From an uncultured Verrucomicrobiae bacterium (GTDB lineage: Bacteria; Verrucomicrobiota; Verrucomicrobiia; Chthoniobacterales; UBA10450), in the NCBI GenBank assembly GCA_963726745.1, contig CAVSDR010000002.1, positions 1-64,000 of the forward strand: DNA of 64,000 nucleotides. The letters run 5' to 3'. Below are positions 9,158 through 18,673 of the stretch, piece by piece. The position numbers were made by a program, and so were the translations under genes. Numbering within the stretch: position 1 is the stretch's first letter; each line of letters begins with the position of its first letter. Below the pieces are notes generated by a model. That model saw only the letters and a program-made list of their open reading frames with translations. It was not told the DNA's origin and did not search any database.

Positions 9158-10816
9158 ATGAAGGCGTGGTGGTGCTTGTGCCTGGCCATGGGCGGTGTCG
9201 TGAGCGTGGCGGCGCAAACCGGGGGCGGCGTCTGGCAGGGGCTCGCGCCGATGCCGACGGCGCGCCAGGAATTATGCAGCGCCGTGCTCAACGGGAAGGT
9301 CTACGTGATCGCGGGCTACGACGAGGATGTGCGTTCGACCGACAAGGTGGAAGTCTACCATCCAGCGACCGATACCTGGAGCACGGCACACCCCATTCCG
9401 GTAAAGAATAATCACAACGCCGCCGCGGTCGCGGCCGGGAAGCTCTATTGCTTCGGCGGCATCTCGAACTCGACTTTTCTCTACGACCCGGCGGCCGATT
9501 CCTGGTCGAACGTGGCGACCATGATCTACGGGCACTCAAACACGCCGGCGGTGGGCGTGATTGACGACAAGATCTACGTGGCCGGCGGCGAGACCGCGCG
9601 CACGGCCATGGAGGTCTTCGATCCCGCGACGAATACCTGGACCAGCCGCGCGCCGATGAGCGTCGGGCGCAATCATTGCGCCGGAGGCGTGCTCGACGGG
9701 AAGTTCCACGTCGTCGGCGGGCGCGGGAATGGCGCCGCTCCCACGGCCCACGAAGCCTACGACCCGGCGACCAACTCCTGGAGCACGCGCGCGCCGATGC
9801 CGACCGGGCGCTCGGGCATGGCCGCGGGCGTGGTCGGCGGCGAGCTCTATGTCTTTGGCGGCGAAGGCGACGCCCTGCACGGCGAGGTCGAGGTTTACAA
9901 TCCGCGCACCGATAGCTGGCGGCGCCTGCCAGACATGCCGGTGCCGCGGCATGGGATTTGGGCGGCTGTGATCGGCAACCGCATCTTCCTCCCCGGTGGC
10001 GCCGCCGAGATCAATTTCGCGGCCGCGGCCTGGACCGATGTCTTCACGGCCGATCGCCAGGCGACGTTCGGGAATATCTCTTCCCGGCTCAAAGTGGAGA
10101 CGGGAGACAAGGTGATGATCGGCGGGTTTATCGTCACCGGGAAAGGCTCGAAGCGGGTGATCTTGCGAGCTACTGGACCCTCTGTGCCGGTGACCGGCGC
10201 GCTGGCTGATCCGACGCTGGAATTGTACAATGACGCCGGCCAACTGGTGGCCATGAACGACAACTGGCAGGACGCCCCAAACCACGAGGAGATGGCCGAT
10301 TCCACCCTCGCTCCGGCGCACCCGCGCGAGGCGGCGATCCTCACACGACTCGCGCCGGGAAATCACACCGCGGTCGTCCGCGGAGCGAACGGGACCACCG
10401 GTGTAGGCCTGGTCGAGGTCTACGATCTCGAGCCGGGCTCCGACGCGAAGTTGGGCAACATCTCCACGCGCGGCTTTGTCCAAACCGGCGACAACATTCT
10501 CATCGGCGGCTTGATTCTCACCGGGAGTTCACCGCTGCGCGTGCTCGTGCGCGCGCTCGGTCCGTCGCTGCCGGTGGCCGGCGCGCTGGCTGATCCCACG
10601 CTGGAATTGCGCGACCGGGACGGCGCTCTCCTGGCGAGCAACGACGATTGGCGGAGCACCCAGGAAGCAGAGATTATCGGGACCACGTTGCCGCCGCCTT
10701 CGGAGCGCGAGGCGGCGATCGTGCGTACGCTTCCACCGGCCTCGTATACCGCGATCGTCCGCGGCGTAGGCGGGAGCACCGGCGTGGCCCTGGTCGAGGC
10801 TTACACCCTCGAGTGA
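9158..10816 (+). CDS. Secreted kelch-repeat protein with two C-terminal 'NISxR...IGGFI' domains
   Basis: Signal peptide; six kelch repeats (YVxGG...YDPxxxxW); duplicated C-terminal domain (NISSRLKV / NISTRGFV). Confidence 0.85.
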   Translation: MKAWWCLCLAMGGVVSVAAQTGGGVWQGLAPMPTARQELCSAVLNGKVYVIAGYDEDVRSTDKVEVYHPATDTWSTAHPIPVKNNHNAAAVAAGKLYCFGGISNSTFLYDPAADSWSNVATMIYGHSNTPAVGVIDDKIYVAGGETARTAMEVFDPATNTWTSRAPMSVGRNHCAGGVLDGKFHVVGGRGNGAAPTAHEAYDPATNSWSTRAPMPTGRSGMAAGVVGGELYVFGGEGDALHGEVEVYNPRTDSWRRLPDMPVPRHGIWAAVIGNRIFLPGGAAEINFAAAAWTDVFTADRQATFGNISSRLKVETGDKVMIGGFIVTGKGSKRVILRATGPSVPVTGALADPTLELYNDAGQLVAMNDNWQDAPNHEEMADSTLAPAHPREAAILTRLAPGNHTAVVRGANGTTGVGLVEVYDLEPGSDAKLGNISTRGFVQTGDNILIGGLILTGSSPLRVLVRALGPSLPVAGALADPTLELRDRDGALLASNDDWRSTQEAEIIGTTLPPPSEREAAIVRTLPPASYTAIVRGVGGSTGVALVEAYTLE

Positions 10817-10866
10817 GGCGCGCGCTGCCCGGTTGTGCCGCCGCGCAAGTTCGCTAATCTTGCGCG

Positions 10867-11493
10867 ATGCGCGATGGCGAATCGGAATTCGATCTCGAGG
10901 AACGTTTGACCCGGCAACCGAATCGCCTCGGGAGCGAGCGGCTGGAGACTTTGGCGCGCTCGTTTCGCCAGGTGCTGGAAGCGATCGGGGAAGACCCGCA
11001 GCGCCAGGGCTTGGCAAAAACGCCGGAGCGCGCAGCGCGCTCCTTTGAGTTCCTGACCCAGGGTTACCGGCAGGATCTCGATGAACTCGTTAACCAGGCG
11101 ATCTTCGATTCCGACGCGAGCGAGATCGTGCTGGTAAAAGACATCGAGCTCTACTCGATGTGCGAGCATCATCTCCTGCCGTTCATCGGGAAGGCGCACG
11201 TGGCTTACATCCCGAACGGGAAAGTCATCGGGCTCTCGAAAGTGGCCCGCATCGTCGACCTCTTCGCGCGCCGCCTGCAGATCCAGGAGCAATTGACCCA
11301 CCAAATTGCCGACGCGCTGATGAACGCGCTCCATCCGGACGGCGTCGCGGTGGTGATCGAGGCGAAGCACCTCTGCATGATGATGCGCGGAGTGGAGAAG
11401 CAGAACTCGACCATGACCACCTCGTGCCTGCTCGGTTCCTTCAAGGAAGACGCGCGCACCCGCTCGGAATTTCTCTCGCTCCTCAAAGGCTAG
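10867..11493 (+). CDS. folE: GTP cyclohydrolase I
   Basis: [35 protein letters not shown]. Confidence 0.95.
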   Translation: MRDGESEFDLEERLTRQPNRLGSERLETLARSFRQVLEAIGEDPQRQGLAKTPERAARSFEFLTQGYRQDLDELVNQAIFDSDASEIVLVKDIELYSMCEHHLLPFIGKAHVAYIPNGKVIGLSKVARIVDLFARRLQIQEQLTHQIADALMNALHPDGVAVVIEAKHLCMMMRGVEKQNSTMTTSCLLGSFKEDARTRSEFLSLLKG

Positions 11494-11511
11494 CACGCCC
11501 GGCGCTCCCCG

Positions 11512-12708
11512 ATGTTCCTGACGGTAAGCAAGCGGCTGGAGTTTTCCGCATCTCGCCGGCTCTTTTTGCCTAACGAGTCGGAAGCAGAAAACCGGCGCCG
11601 TTTTGGCGAAGAAACGAGCGCGCAGCACGGCGCCGGGCGGAACTACGTGGCCTGGTTTGTCTTCACCGGCCGGGTCGATTCCGGCACCGGGATGCTGATG
11701 AACATCAGCGAAATTAAACAGCGCGCCGGCGCGGTGATCGACGATCGCTATGACCACCGTTTCCTGAACGAGGACAACGCCGCTTTCCGCGACCGCGTGC
11801 CGACGCCGGAGAACGTCGCGCGGCAATTGCTCGTGGACGTGGCCCCGCTTTTCGAAGGCTCGGGCGCGGAGCTAACGAGTGTGTATCTGGAGGAAACGCC
11901 GCAGCGCAGCGCGACCGCATTTGCCAGCGGCCGGGTGGAGGCAAACTTCGACTTCCGCTTCTCGGCCGCACGGCAGACGATGTCGCCTCAACTCACGACG
12001 GAGGAGAACGAGAAGCTTTTCGGCGTGGCCGCTTCGCCGCATGGGCATGGGCACGATTACCGCGCGCGCCTGACTCTGGCGGAAACGCCGGCGCAGGAAG
12101 TCGTCGACCTTTGCCTCGCGAGCTTGATGGCGGAGCTCGACCATCGGCATCTCAACCTCGAAGTGCCGGCGCTCGAGCAGCGGCCGAAGACGACCGAGGT
12201 GCTGGCGCAATATCTCTTCGAGCGCGCCCGCGCGACGCTCCCGGTCGCGCGCGTGCGCCTGCATGAGCGGGCGGATTTTTTTGCAGAATACGACGCTGGC
12301 GGCGCGTATCGCCTGTCGATGCAGATGCCATTTAGTGCGGTCCACCGCTTGCAAAGTTACGAGCGGACCGAGGCGGAGAACGAAGCGATGTACGGGAAAT
12401 GCAACAACCCGCGCGGGCACGGCCACCTCTACGTGGCCGAGGCCACGATCGGCGGCGCGCTCGACGCCCGCAGCGGCACGCTCTACGACTTTGCGAAATT
12501 TGCCGACGCTTTGCAGGAAGCGGTTGCGCCCTGGCATAATCGGCACCTTGACCTGGAGGCGCCGGAGTTCCATCGCCGCCCGTCGACCGGCGAGAACATC
12601 GTGCAGGCGCTTTGGGAAAAACTCGATCCGCTGCTCGACCAGCGGCTCGAGCGGCTGCGGCTTTGGGAAACGGCGAACAATCGCTTCACCTTGCGGAGAA
12701 GCGTCTAG
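11512..12708 (+). CDS. 6-pyruvoyl-tetrahydropterin synthase / QueD-family protein with three tandem domains
   Basis: Three repeats of FSA...ENxxxFG/YG...DHxxLN...TxE; the third has CNNPRGHGH and STGENI. Confidence 0.85.
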   Translation: MFLTVSKRLEFSASRRLFLPNESEAENRRRFGEETSAQHGAGRNYVAWFVFTGRVDSGTGMLMNISEIKQRAGAVIDDRYDHRFLNEDNAAFRDRVPTPENVARQLLVDVAPLFEGSGAELTSVYLEETPQRSATAFASGRVEANFDFRFSAARQTMSPQLTTEENEKLFGVAASPHGHGHDYRARLTLAETPAQEVVDLCLASLMAELDHRHLNLEVPALEQRPKTTEVLAQYLFERARATLPVARVRLHERADFFAEYDAGGAYRLSMQMPFSAVHRLQSYERTEAENEAMYGKCNNPRGHGHLYVAEATIGGALDARSGTLYDFAKFADALQEAVAPWHNRHLDLEAPEFHRRPSTGENIVQALWEKLDPLLDQRLERLRLWETANNRFTLRRSV

Positions 12709-15156
12709 GTGAACTCGCTGCCTAAGATCGCGGAGCCTCCGCTTTGCCCGCCGCACGCCGCGCGTCTCTGCCGCCGGGTGCACTTTGCGCTTAGCGCTGT
12801 CGTGCTCCTGATCGGCGCAAGCAATCTCGCGGTCTGGCTCCTTCACCTGGAGCATCTGCCGTTCGTCACGGTCATGCGCTTCAATGCCGCGCTGGGCCTG
12901 ACCTTCGGCGGGATCGCGCTTTTCCTGTGGCGCGAGGAGAGGTTGACCGCGCGCAAGGCGGCCGTCGCGCGCGTGCTCGGCTTGCTCGTCCTGCTCATCG
13001 GCGGGCTTACCTCTGCGCAGTATTTGTTCGGGATCGATTTCGGGATCGACCAGCTCTTCGGCCCGCAACTGGGCGATCGCGTGGGCCTGAGCACGGTGCG
13101 TCCCGGGCGCATGAGCTTGAACGCGGCGCTGACTCTTTTTGCCGGCGGCCTTGGGTTGCTCTTACTCGACCTGCCGGCGGCCTGGAGGCGCCAGCTGCGC
13201 TTCTCGGTTGCGCCGTTGCTCGCGATCGTGGGCGCGTTGCCAGTGCTGGCGGGGCTCGTCGGCCACGGCATCGGGCTGGCGCATTTCACCGGGATCCTGG
13301 GATCAACGAACATCCTTCTTCATACCGCGGTGGCGGAGTTTGCGCTCTGCGCCGCGATCCTGACCGCGCGGCCGGAACGCTGGCCCATGCGGTTGGTCGT
13401 GGGGTCGGATGCGGGCGGCGTTCTCCTGCGCTGGCTGGGCCCGGCGACGGTTGTCTTTCTGCTCGCGCTCGGCTGGCTGGTGCACCGCGGGGAGATGGCC
13501 GATTTCTACGGCCCGCGCGAGGCGATCGCGATCATGATCTTCCTCGGTCTTATCCTGCTCGGCGCGCTTCTGCTCGCGGCCGCGGCGGCGCTTGCCCTCG
13601 CGGAAAAACGCCGGCAGCGCGCGGACGCCGCAGTGCGCGAGCAGGAGGAACGCTTCCGGACTTTAGCCGACAACATCTCGCAGCTCACCTGGATGACCGA
13701 TGAGACGGGCGCGATCGTTTGGTATAACCAACGCTGGTTCGAATTTACCGGCACCAAGCGCGAGGAGATGCTCGGCTGGGGCTGGGAGAAGGTGCACCAT
13801 CCCGAGCATCTCGAGCGGGTGAAGCAGCATTTCCGCGAAGCCATCGCCGTGGGCAAACAATGGGAAGACACCTTCCCGTTGCGCCGAGCCGATGGCGAGT
13901 GGCGCTGGTTCCTTTCGCGCGCGCTTCCGCGGCGCGACCCGTCCGGGCAGATCATCGGCTGGTTCGGGACCAACACCGACATCACCGAGCAACGTGCCGC
14001 CGCGCAAGCCCTGGCCCAGGCCAAAGAGAGCGCCGAGCGCGCCAGCAAGGCGAAGGACGAATTCCTGGCCGCGCTTTCGCACGAGCTGCGCACGCCGTTG
14101 ACGCCGGTGCTCATGATCGCCGAAGAGATGTGCCATGACACCTCGCTCTCGACGGAACTGCGCGCGCAGCTTCGGATGGTCCGGCGCAATGTGCGCCTCG
14201 AGTCGCGCCTGATCGACGACCTGCTCGACCTGACGCGGATCGCCCGCGGTCGCCTCGGCCTGGAAGCGGCGCCGACCGACCTGCACGAGACTTTGCGCGA
14301 AGCGATCGAGATCGTGCGCGACGACGCCGGTGCGCGCTCGCTCCACCTGGTGGAAAAATTGGATCGTGCCCCGGCGTGGATGCTGGGCGATCGCACGCGG
14401 CTCGAGCAGGTTTTTTGGAACCTTCTGCGCAATGCAGTCAAGTTCACCCCGCCGGGCGGACGCATCACCGTGAGCACGCGGCAGGACGACGCGCGCCAGC
14501 GTTGGTTGCTCGAGGTTTCCGATACCGGCATCGGGATCGCGCCCGAAGTTTTGCCGGTCCTCTTCGAGAAGTTCGAGCAAGGCGACCGGACGAACGATCA
14601 CCGCTTCGGCGGACTCGGTCTGGGGCTCGCCATCTCCAAGGCGATCGTCGAATTGCATGGCGGCGTGATCGAGGCGGCGAGCGAAGGGCCGGGCCGCGGC
14701 GCGACTTTCCGGGTCGAGCTCGGGCCGCTGATCGCTCCGCCGGCAAACGCAAGTCTGCCGGGCGAAGCACCGCGGGCGCAGGTGCAACTGGCGCCGCTGC
14801 GCCTGCTCCTGGTGGAGGATCACTCCGCGACTTCCGCAGTGATGGCGCGCCTGCTCGGCCGCGCAGGGCATCACGTGACCACGGCTGACAGCGTGGCGGC
14901 AGCGTTGGCGGCGGCGGAGCGCGAGGCTTTCGAGATCGTGATCTGCGATCTCGGTCTGCCCGACGGCACCGGGCACGAACTGATGCGGCAACTGCGCGAG
15001 CGTTATCCGCTGCGCGGGATCGCGGTTTCCGGTTACGGCATGGAAGAGGATGTGCGCCGTTCGCGCGAATCCGGCTTTGAAGCCCACCTGACCAAGCCGG
15101 TGGAATTCGCCGAGCTGCACGCCGCGCTCGCGCGCCTCGCCCAAGTGGCCGTCTAA
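12709..15156 (+). CDS. Membrane-bound hybrid sensor histidine kinase (TM-PAS-HisKA-HATPase-REC)
   Basis: Multiple TM segments; PAS; LSHELRTPL; NAVKFT; DTGIGI; GLGLGLAI; receiver LLVED...CDLGLPD. Confidence 0.92.
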   Translation: MNSLPKIAEPPLCPPHAARLCRRVHFALSAVVLLIGASNLAVWLLHLEHLPFVTVMRFNAALGLTFGGIALFLWREERLTARKAAVARVLGLLVLLIGGLTSAQYLFGIDFGIDQLFGPQLGDRVGLSTVRPGRMSLNAALTLFAGGLGLLLLDLPAAWRRQLRFSVAPLLAIVGALPVLAGLVGHGIGLAHFTGILGSTNILLHTAVAEFALCAAILTARPERWPMRLVVGSDAGGVLLRWLGPATVVFLLALGWLVHRGEMADFYGPREAIAIMIFLGLILLGALLLAAAAALALAEKRRQRADAAVREQEERFRTLADNISQLTWMTDETGAIVWYNQRWFEFTGTKREEMLGWGWEKVHHPEHLERVKQHFREAIAVGKQWEDTFPLRRADGEWRWFLSRALPRRDPSGQIIGWFGTNTDITEQRAAAQALAQAKESAERASKAKDEFLAALSHELRTPLTPVLMIAEEMCHDTSLSTELRAQLRMVRRNVRLESRLIDDLLDLTRIARGRLGLEAAPTDLHETLREAIEIVRDDAGARSLHLVEKLDRAPAWMLGDRTRLEQVFWNLLRNAVKFTPPGGRITVSTRQDDARQRWLLEVSDTGIGIAPEVLPVLFEKFEQGDRTNDHRFGGLGLGLAISKAIVELHGGVIEAASEGPGRGATFRVELGPLIAPPANASLPGEAPRAQVQLAPLRLLLVEDHSATSAVMARLLGRAGHHVTTADSVAAALAAAEREAFEIVICDLGLPDGTGHELMRQLRERYPLRGIAVSGYGMEEDVRRSRESGFEAHLTKPVEFAELHAALARLAQVAV

Positions 15157-15166
15157 TTTTTCGGCT

Positions 15167-15883
15167 GTGACCAACCGCTCGTTAGTCGCGGCCCGGAAAC
15201 TTCGCGCAGCGGTGGGGCGCCTCCGTTTCGCTCCGCCGGTGGCCTGCGTTTACAACCCGCTCGACTACGCCTGGGCGGCGCACGCCGAATACCTCGAACG
15301 CTACGCCATCGGGCGGAAGCGGATCGTGTTTCTCGGAATGAACCCGGGCCCGTTCGGGATGGCGCAAACCGGCGTGCCCTTCGGGGAAGTGGCGGCGGTG
15401 CGCGACTGGCTCGGGATCAAGACCGCGGTCAAAAAGCCGGCCAGCGAGCATCCGAAGCGTCCGGTCACCGGCTTCAGCTGCACGCGCAGCGAAGTGAGTG
15501 GCCAGCGGCTGTGGGGACTTTTCGCGCAACGTTTCGGCACGCCCGCGCATTTTTTTGCCGACCACTTCGTGCTCAACTATTGCCCGCTGGTTTTCATGGA
15601 AGCGAGCGGGGCAAATCGCACGCCGGAGAAGTTGCCCGCGGTCGAGCGCGAGCCGCTCTTCCGCGCCTGCGATGCTCATCTGCGCGCGGTCGTGCAGGCT
15701 CTCGAAGCCGAGTGGCTCATCGGCGTGGGTGATTTTGCGATGAAGAGAGCGCTGGCTATTTTTGCCGACGCGCCGGTGCGCGTGGGGCGCATCCTCCATC
15801 CGAGCCCGGCGAGCCCGGCGGCTAATCGCGGCTGGGCCGAAGCAGCCACGCGCGATCTGCAGCGTCTCGGGGTCTGGCGCTAG
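15167..15883 (+). CDS. SMUG1-type uracil-DNA glycosylase
   Basis: GMNPGPFGMAQTGVPFG, SEVSG, LHPSPASP. Confidence 0.9.
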   Translation: MTNRSLVAARKLRAAVGRLRFAPPVACVYNPLDYAWAAHAEYLERYAIGRKRIVFLGMNPGPFGMAQTGVPFGEVAAVRDWLGIKTAVKKPASEHPKRPVTGFSCTRSEVSGQRLWGLFAQRFGTPAHFFADHFVLNYCPLVFMEASGANRTPEKLPAVEREPLFRACDAHLRAVVQALEAEWLIGVGDFAMKRALAIFADAPVRVGRILHPSPASPAANRGWAEAATRDLQRLGVWR

Positions 15884-17622
15884 TGCGCCGCGGTCTGCAG
15901 CCCGGTCTTGTGATAGGTCACGAGCCGGAAGCCCCATTCGATCAAGGTGGCCTTCTCGCGGTCGAGCTGCTTCCGCTCGTTTAAGAAGGCCATGATCTTT
16001 TGCTTGAGCGCGTTTTGTTCGCCGGCGTCGTCAAGAATTTCGAAGATTTCCATCGAGAGCAGCCAGTCGTCGCCGTGCTCGGCCTGCTGCGTTTCCCAGA
16101 TTTCGCCAAGGCGTTCGTAGCCGACCTTCCGGTCGCGGATGTCGCGCACCTGCTGGTAGAGGTTCTCGAGTTTTTTGCGCTTCTCGTCTGACGGAACCTT
16201 GATCGTGCGCTCCTTCGGGATGACCGCGACCTGGTTGTAGGCATCCTTGTCGGCTGCGCCATTGAAGACGGAGACGATGCGCTCGCCCACGGCCATGTCG
16301 TAAACGCCCCACGCCGGATCGAAGAGGACGCGGTCGCCCTGCCGGGCAGTGCAATCGCGGAAAGTGATGAGCTGCATCTGTCCGTCGGCGCCGCGGAGAA
16401 TCTTTTCCACTTCGCCCTCGACCACGATGTCGCTGGCAAATTCCAGCCGCGCGCGCTTCCCTTCGCGCACCTCGGTTTCCTTCCAAGCGCCGATCGGCGA
16501 ACCGAAACCCTCGGCATGATGATCGATCCCGTGGCCCGGCAATTGTTTCCCATCAAGCGCGAGCGCCGTCGGGCCGGTGGTGCGCAGATAGATCGGCGCG
16601 TTGTTGGCGTCGGTCAGCACTTCGGTAAACGTCCCGCTGACCTGAAGGCCGGAGGAGTATTCGCAGGTGGTGGTGTTCTTGCAGTCGATCGCTTTCTGGA
16701 TGCCTTCGAGACCGCCAACGCGGAAAGCCATCTTGCTGGCAAATTCTTCGAGCACCTCGGTGAGATGCTGGAAATCGCGGCAAACAAAGAGCTGCGGCTG
16801 CTTCGTGGTGATATCGAACGCCTGGTGCGCGGCCTCGACGGAATACCAGCGCTTCTCGACGTGCGGCTCGAGGCAGGAAACCGATTCGCCGATCGAGGAG
16901 AGCAGGCCGGCGCCGTAAATCTTCGGCTGCTCCAGCGTGCCGATGAGGCCGTATTCCACGGTCCACCAATGCAGGCGCGAGAGCAGCGCCATCTCGGAGG
17001 GTTCGCCGAGATTTTGCTGGCGCTCCTCGACCAGTTTCGTGGCCGCGGCGAGCTCGTCCGGATCGGAATCCGGCAGCTCTTTCAAGATCGAGAGATGGCG
17101 GATCGCCTCATACAACTCGAAGTCTTTCTTCGATTGCATCGCCTTCGCGCCGACTTCGCCGAAGCGCTGGAGATAACGCGAATATTCCTGGTCGACAATG
17201 ATCGGCGCGTGCCCCGCGGCCTCGTGGACAATGTCCGGCGCGGGGGTGTATTCGATGTGATGGATCTGGCGCATGTCGCACGCGATCACCAGAACCTTGT
17301 AGGCCTGGAATTCCATGAACGCCGCCGGCGGGATGAAGCCATCCACCGCCACCGCGCCCCAGCCGATGCGCCCGAGAATTTCGTTCATCTCGCTGATCCG
17401 CGGGATGCGCTCGAAGGAAATGCCGGTCTCGAGCAGGCCCTGGAAGTAAACCTTGTGCGCGTATTCCTTCAGGAAAAACATGTTCTGCCGCATGATGAAG
17501 CGCCAGACCGCGTGGTCGACCGGGGTGTATTCATCGAAGCGCTGGTCGACCGCGAATTGCAGCAGGTGTTTCGGGAGCGCGGCCACGGCCGCATTGTCGA
17601 GAGAGATGCCGTTCGAGTTCAT
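15880..17622 (-). CDS. phhA: Aromatic amino acid (phenylalanine) hydroxylase, long form with C-terminal extension
   Basis: YTPAPDIVHEAAGHAP, WWTVEYGL, IYGAGLLSSIGE. Confidence 0.88.
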   Translation of the reverse strand: MNSNGISLDNAAVAALPKHLLQFAVDQRFDEYTPVDHAVWRFIMRQNMFFLKEYAHKVYFQGLLETGISFERIPRISEMNEILGRIGWGAVAVDGFIPPAAFMEFQAYKVLVIACDMRQIHHIEYTPAPDIVHEAAGHAPIIVDQEYSRYLQRFGEVGAKAMQSKKDFELYEAIRHLSILKELPDSDPDELAAATKLVEERQQNLGEPSEMALLSRLHWWTVEYGLIGTLEQPKIYGAGLLSSIGESVSCLEPHVEKRWYSVEAAHQAFDITTKQPQLFVCRDFQHLTEVLEEFASKMAFRVGGLEGIQKAIDCKNTTTCEYSSGLQVSGTFTEVLTDANNAPIYLRTTGPTALALDGKQLPGHGIDHHAEGFGSPIGAWKETEVREGKRARLEFASDIVVEGEVEKILRGADGQMQLITFRDCTARQGDRVLFDPAWGVYDMAVGERIVSVFNGAADKDAYNQVAVIPKERTIKVPSDEKRKKLENLYQQVRDIRDRKVGYERLGEIWETQQAEHGDDWLLSMEIFEILDDAGEQNALKQKIMAFLNERKQLDREKATLIEWGFRLVTYHKTGLQTAAH

Positions 17623-17658
17623 AAAAGGAAGAGGCGCGAGACGCGTGTAGTTTAACGC

Positions 17659-18499
17659 ATGATCGAGGTCGGGGCGAGTGAGTTTGCGGTCGCGCAGGGG
17701 AAGGCGTGGGCTGGTTTTTGGGCGCCAGTCTGCTGGCTAAATCTCGTCTGCCTGGATGCGCCGCTCGTAGCCATGGGCTGGCAATGGCTCTTCGCGCGCA
17801 GTGCCGGGCAAACGGTCGCGCCCGGGGCGAGCGCGGCGCTTTTCCTGACTGCGTGGCTGATTTATCTCGCGGACCGTTTTGGCGACAGCCTCGCGACCGA
17901 CCCGGCGGCACCGGTCGCGCGTCGCGAAAATTTTTGCCGGCAACATCGCGGCGCCTGGCTAGGGGCGATCGCACTGGTGGCGCTGGCAGACCTGGCGGTG
18001 ATCGCGCTCTGGCTCGCGTGGCCGGCGATTTTAGCCGGCACTTTCATCGGCCTGCTCGCGCTGGTTTACCTCCTGGTGAATCAGCTGCGCCCGCAGCTTT
18101 GGCGCGTGCTTCCGCTCAAGGAAACCACCATCGGTTTCCTCTTCGCCGCGGGCACAGATCGTCGGCCTAACGAGCGCTCCGTCGCGCCTCGCGTGGCTGT
18201 TGTTTGCCGCGCTCTGCGCGCTCAATTGCATCAGCATCGCGGTTTGGGAGCGGGCGCTCGATGCCGGGCAGCGCCGCGTCTCGATCGCGACGGTCTGGCC
18301 GCATGCGGGGCAGTGGCTTGTGCCCGCGTTGCTCCTCCTGGCGGCGCTCGGTTTCGCTTCGAACATTGCCGTTGGAGTAAGCGCTCTGCTCCTCGCTGCG
18401 GTGCACCTTGGCCGTGACCGCATTCCTGCCGATGCCCGCACCGCCTTGGCGGACGTGGTCCTCCTGACGCCCTATTTCTTCCTGGCGAGGCAGCCGTAA
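17659..18499 (+). CDS. Hypothetical multi-pass membrane protein (apparent +1 frameshift near 18157)
   Basis: Hydrophobic ORF 17659-18157 (WLIYLADR) continues in another frame as ORF 18200-18499. Confidence 0.65.
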
Positions 18500-18502
18500 T
18501 CC

Positions 18503-18654
18503 GGGGAGCGCAGGCTGCCAGCCTGCGGGTCGCGGCAGCTTGCTGCGACAGTCTTCTCTGCCGCGCGCGCCGCGTCCCGGCGCCGCGTTTGACCCCGTCG
18601 AAAGTTCGTCGCCGCAGGCTGCGGCGACCAGCAGGCTGGCAGCCTGCGCTCCCC
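18503..18654. repeat. REP-like inverted-repeat element between convergent genes
   Basis: 24-bp perfect inverted repeat GGGGAGCGCAGGCTGCCAGCCTGC / GCAGGCTGGCAGCCTGCGCTCCCC; each arm is itself a hairpin. Confidence 0.8.
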
Positions 18655-18673
18655 AGGCTTCTGCTGGCGCGCG

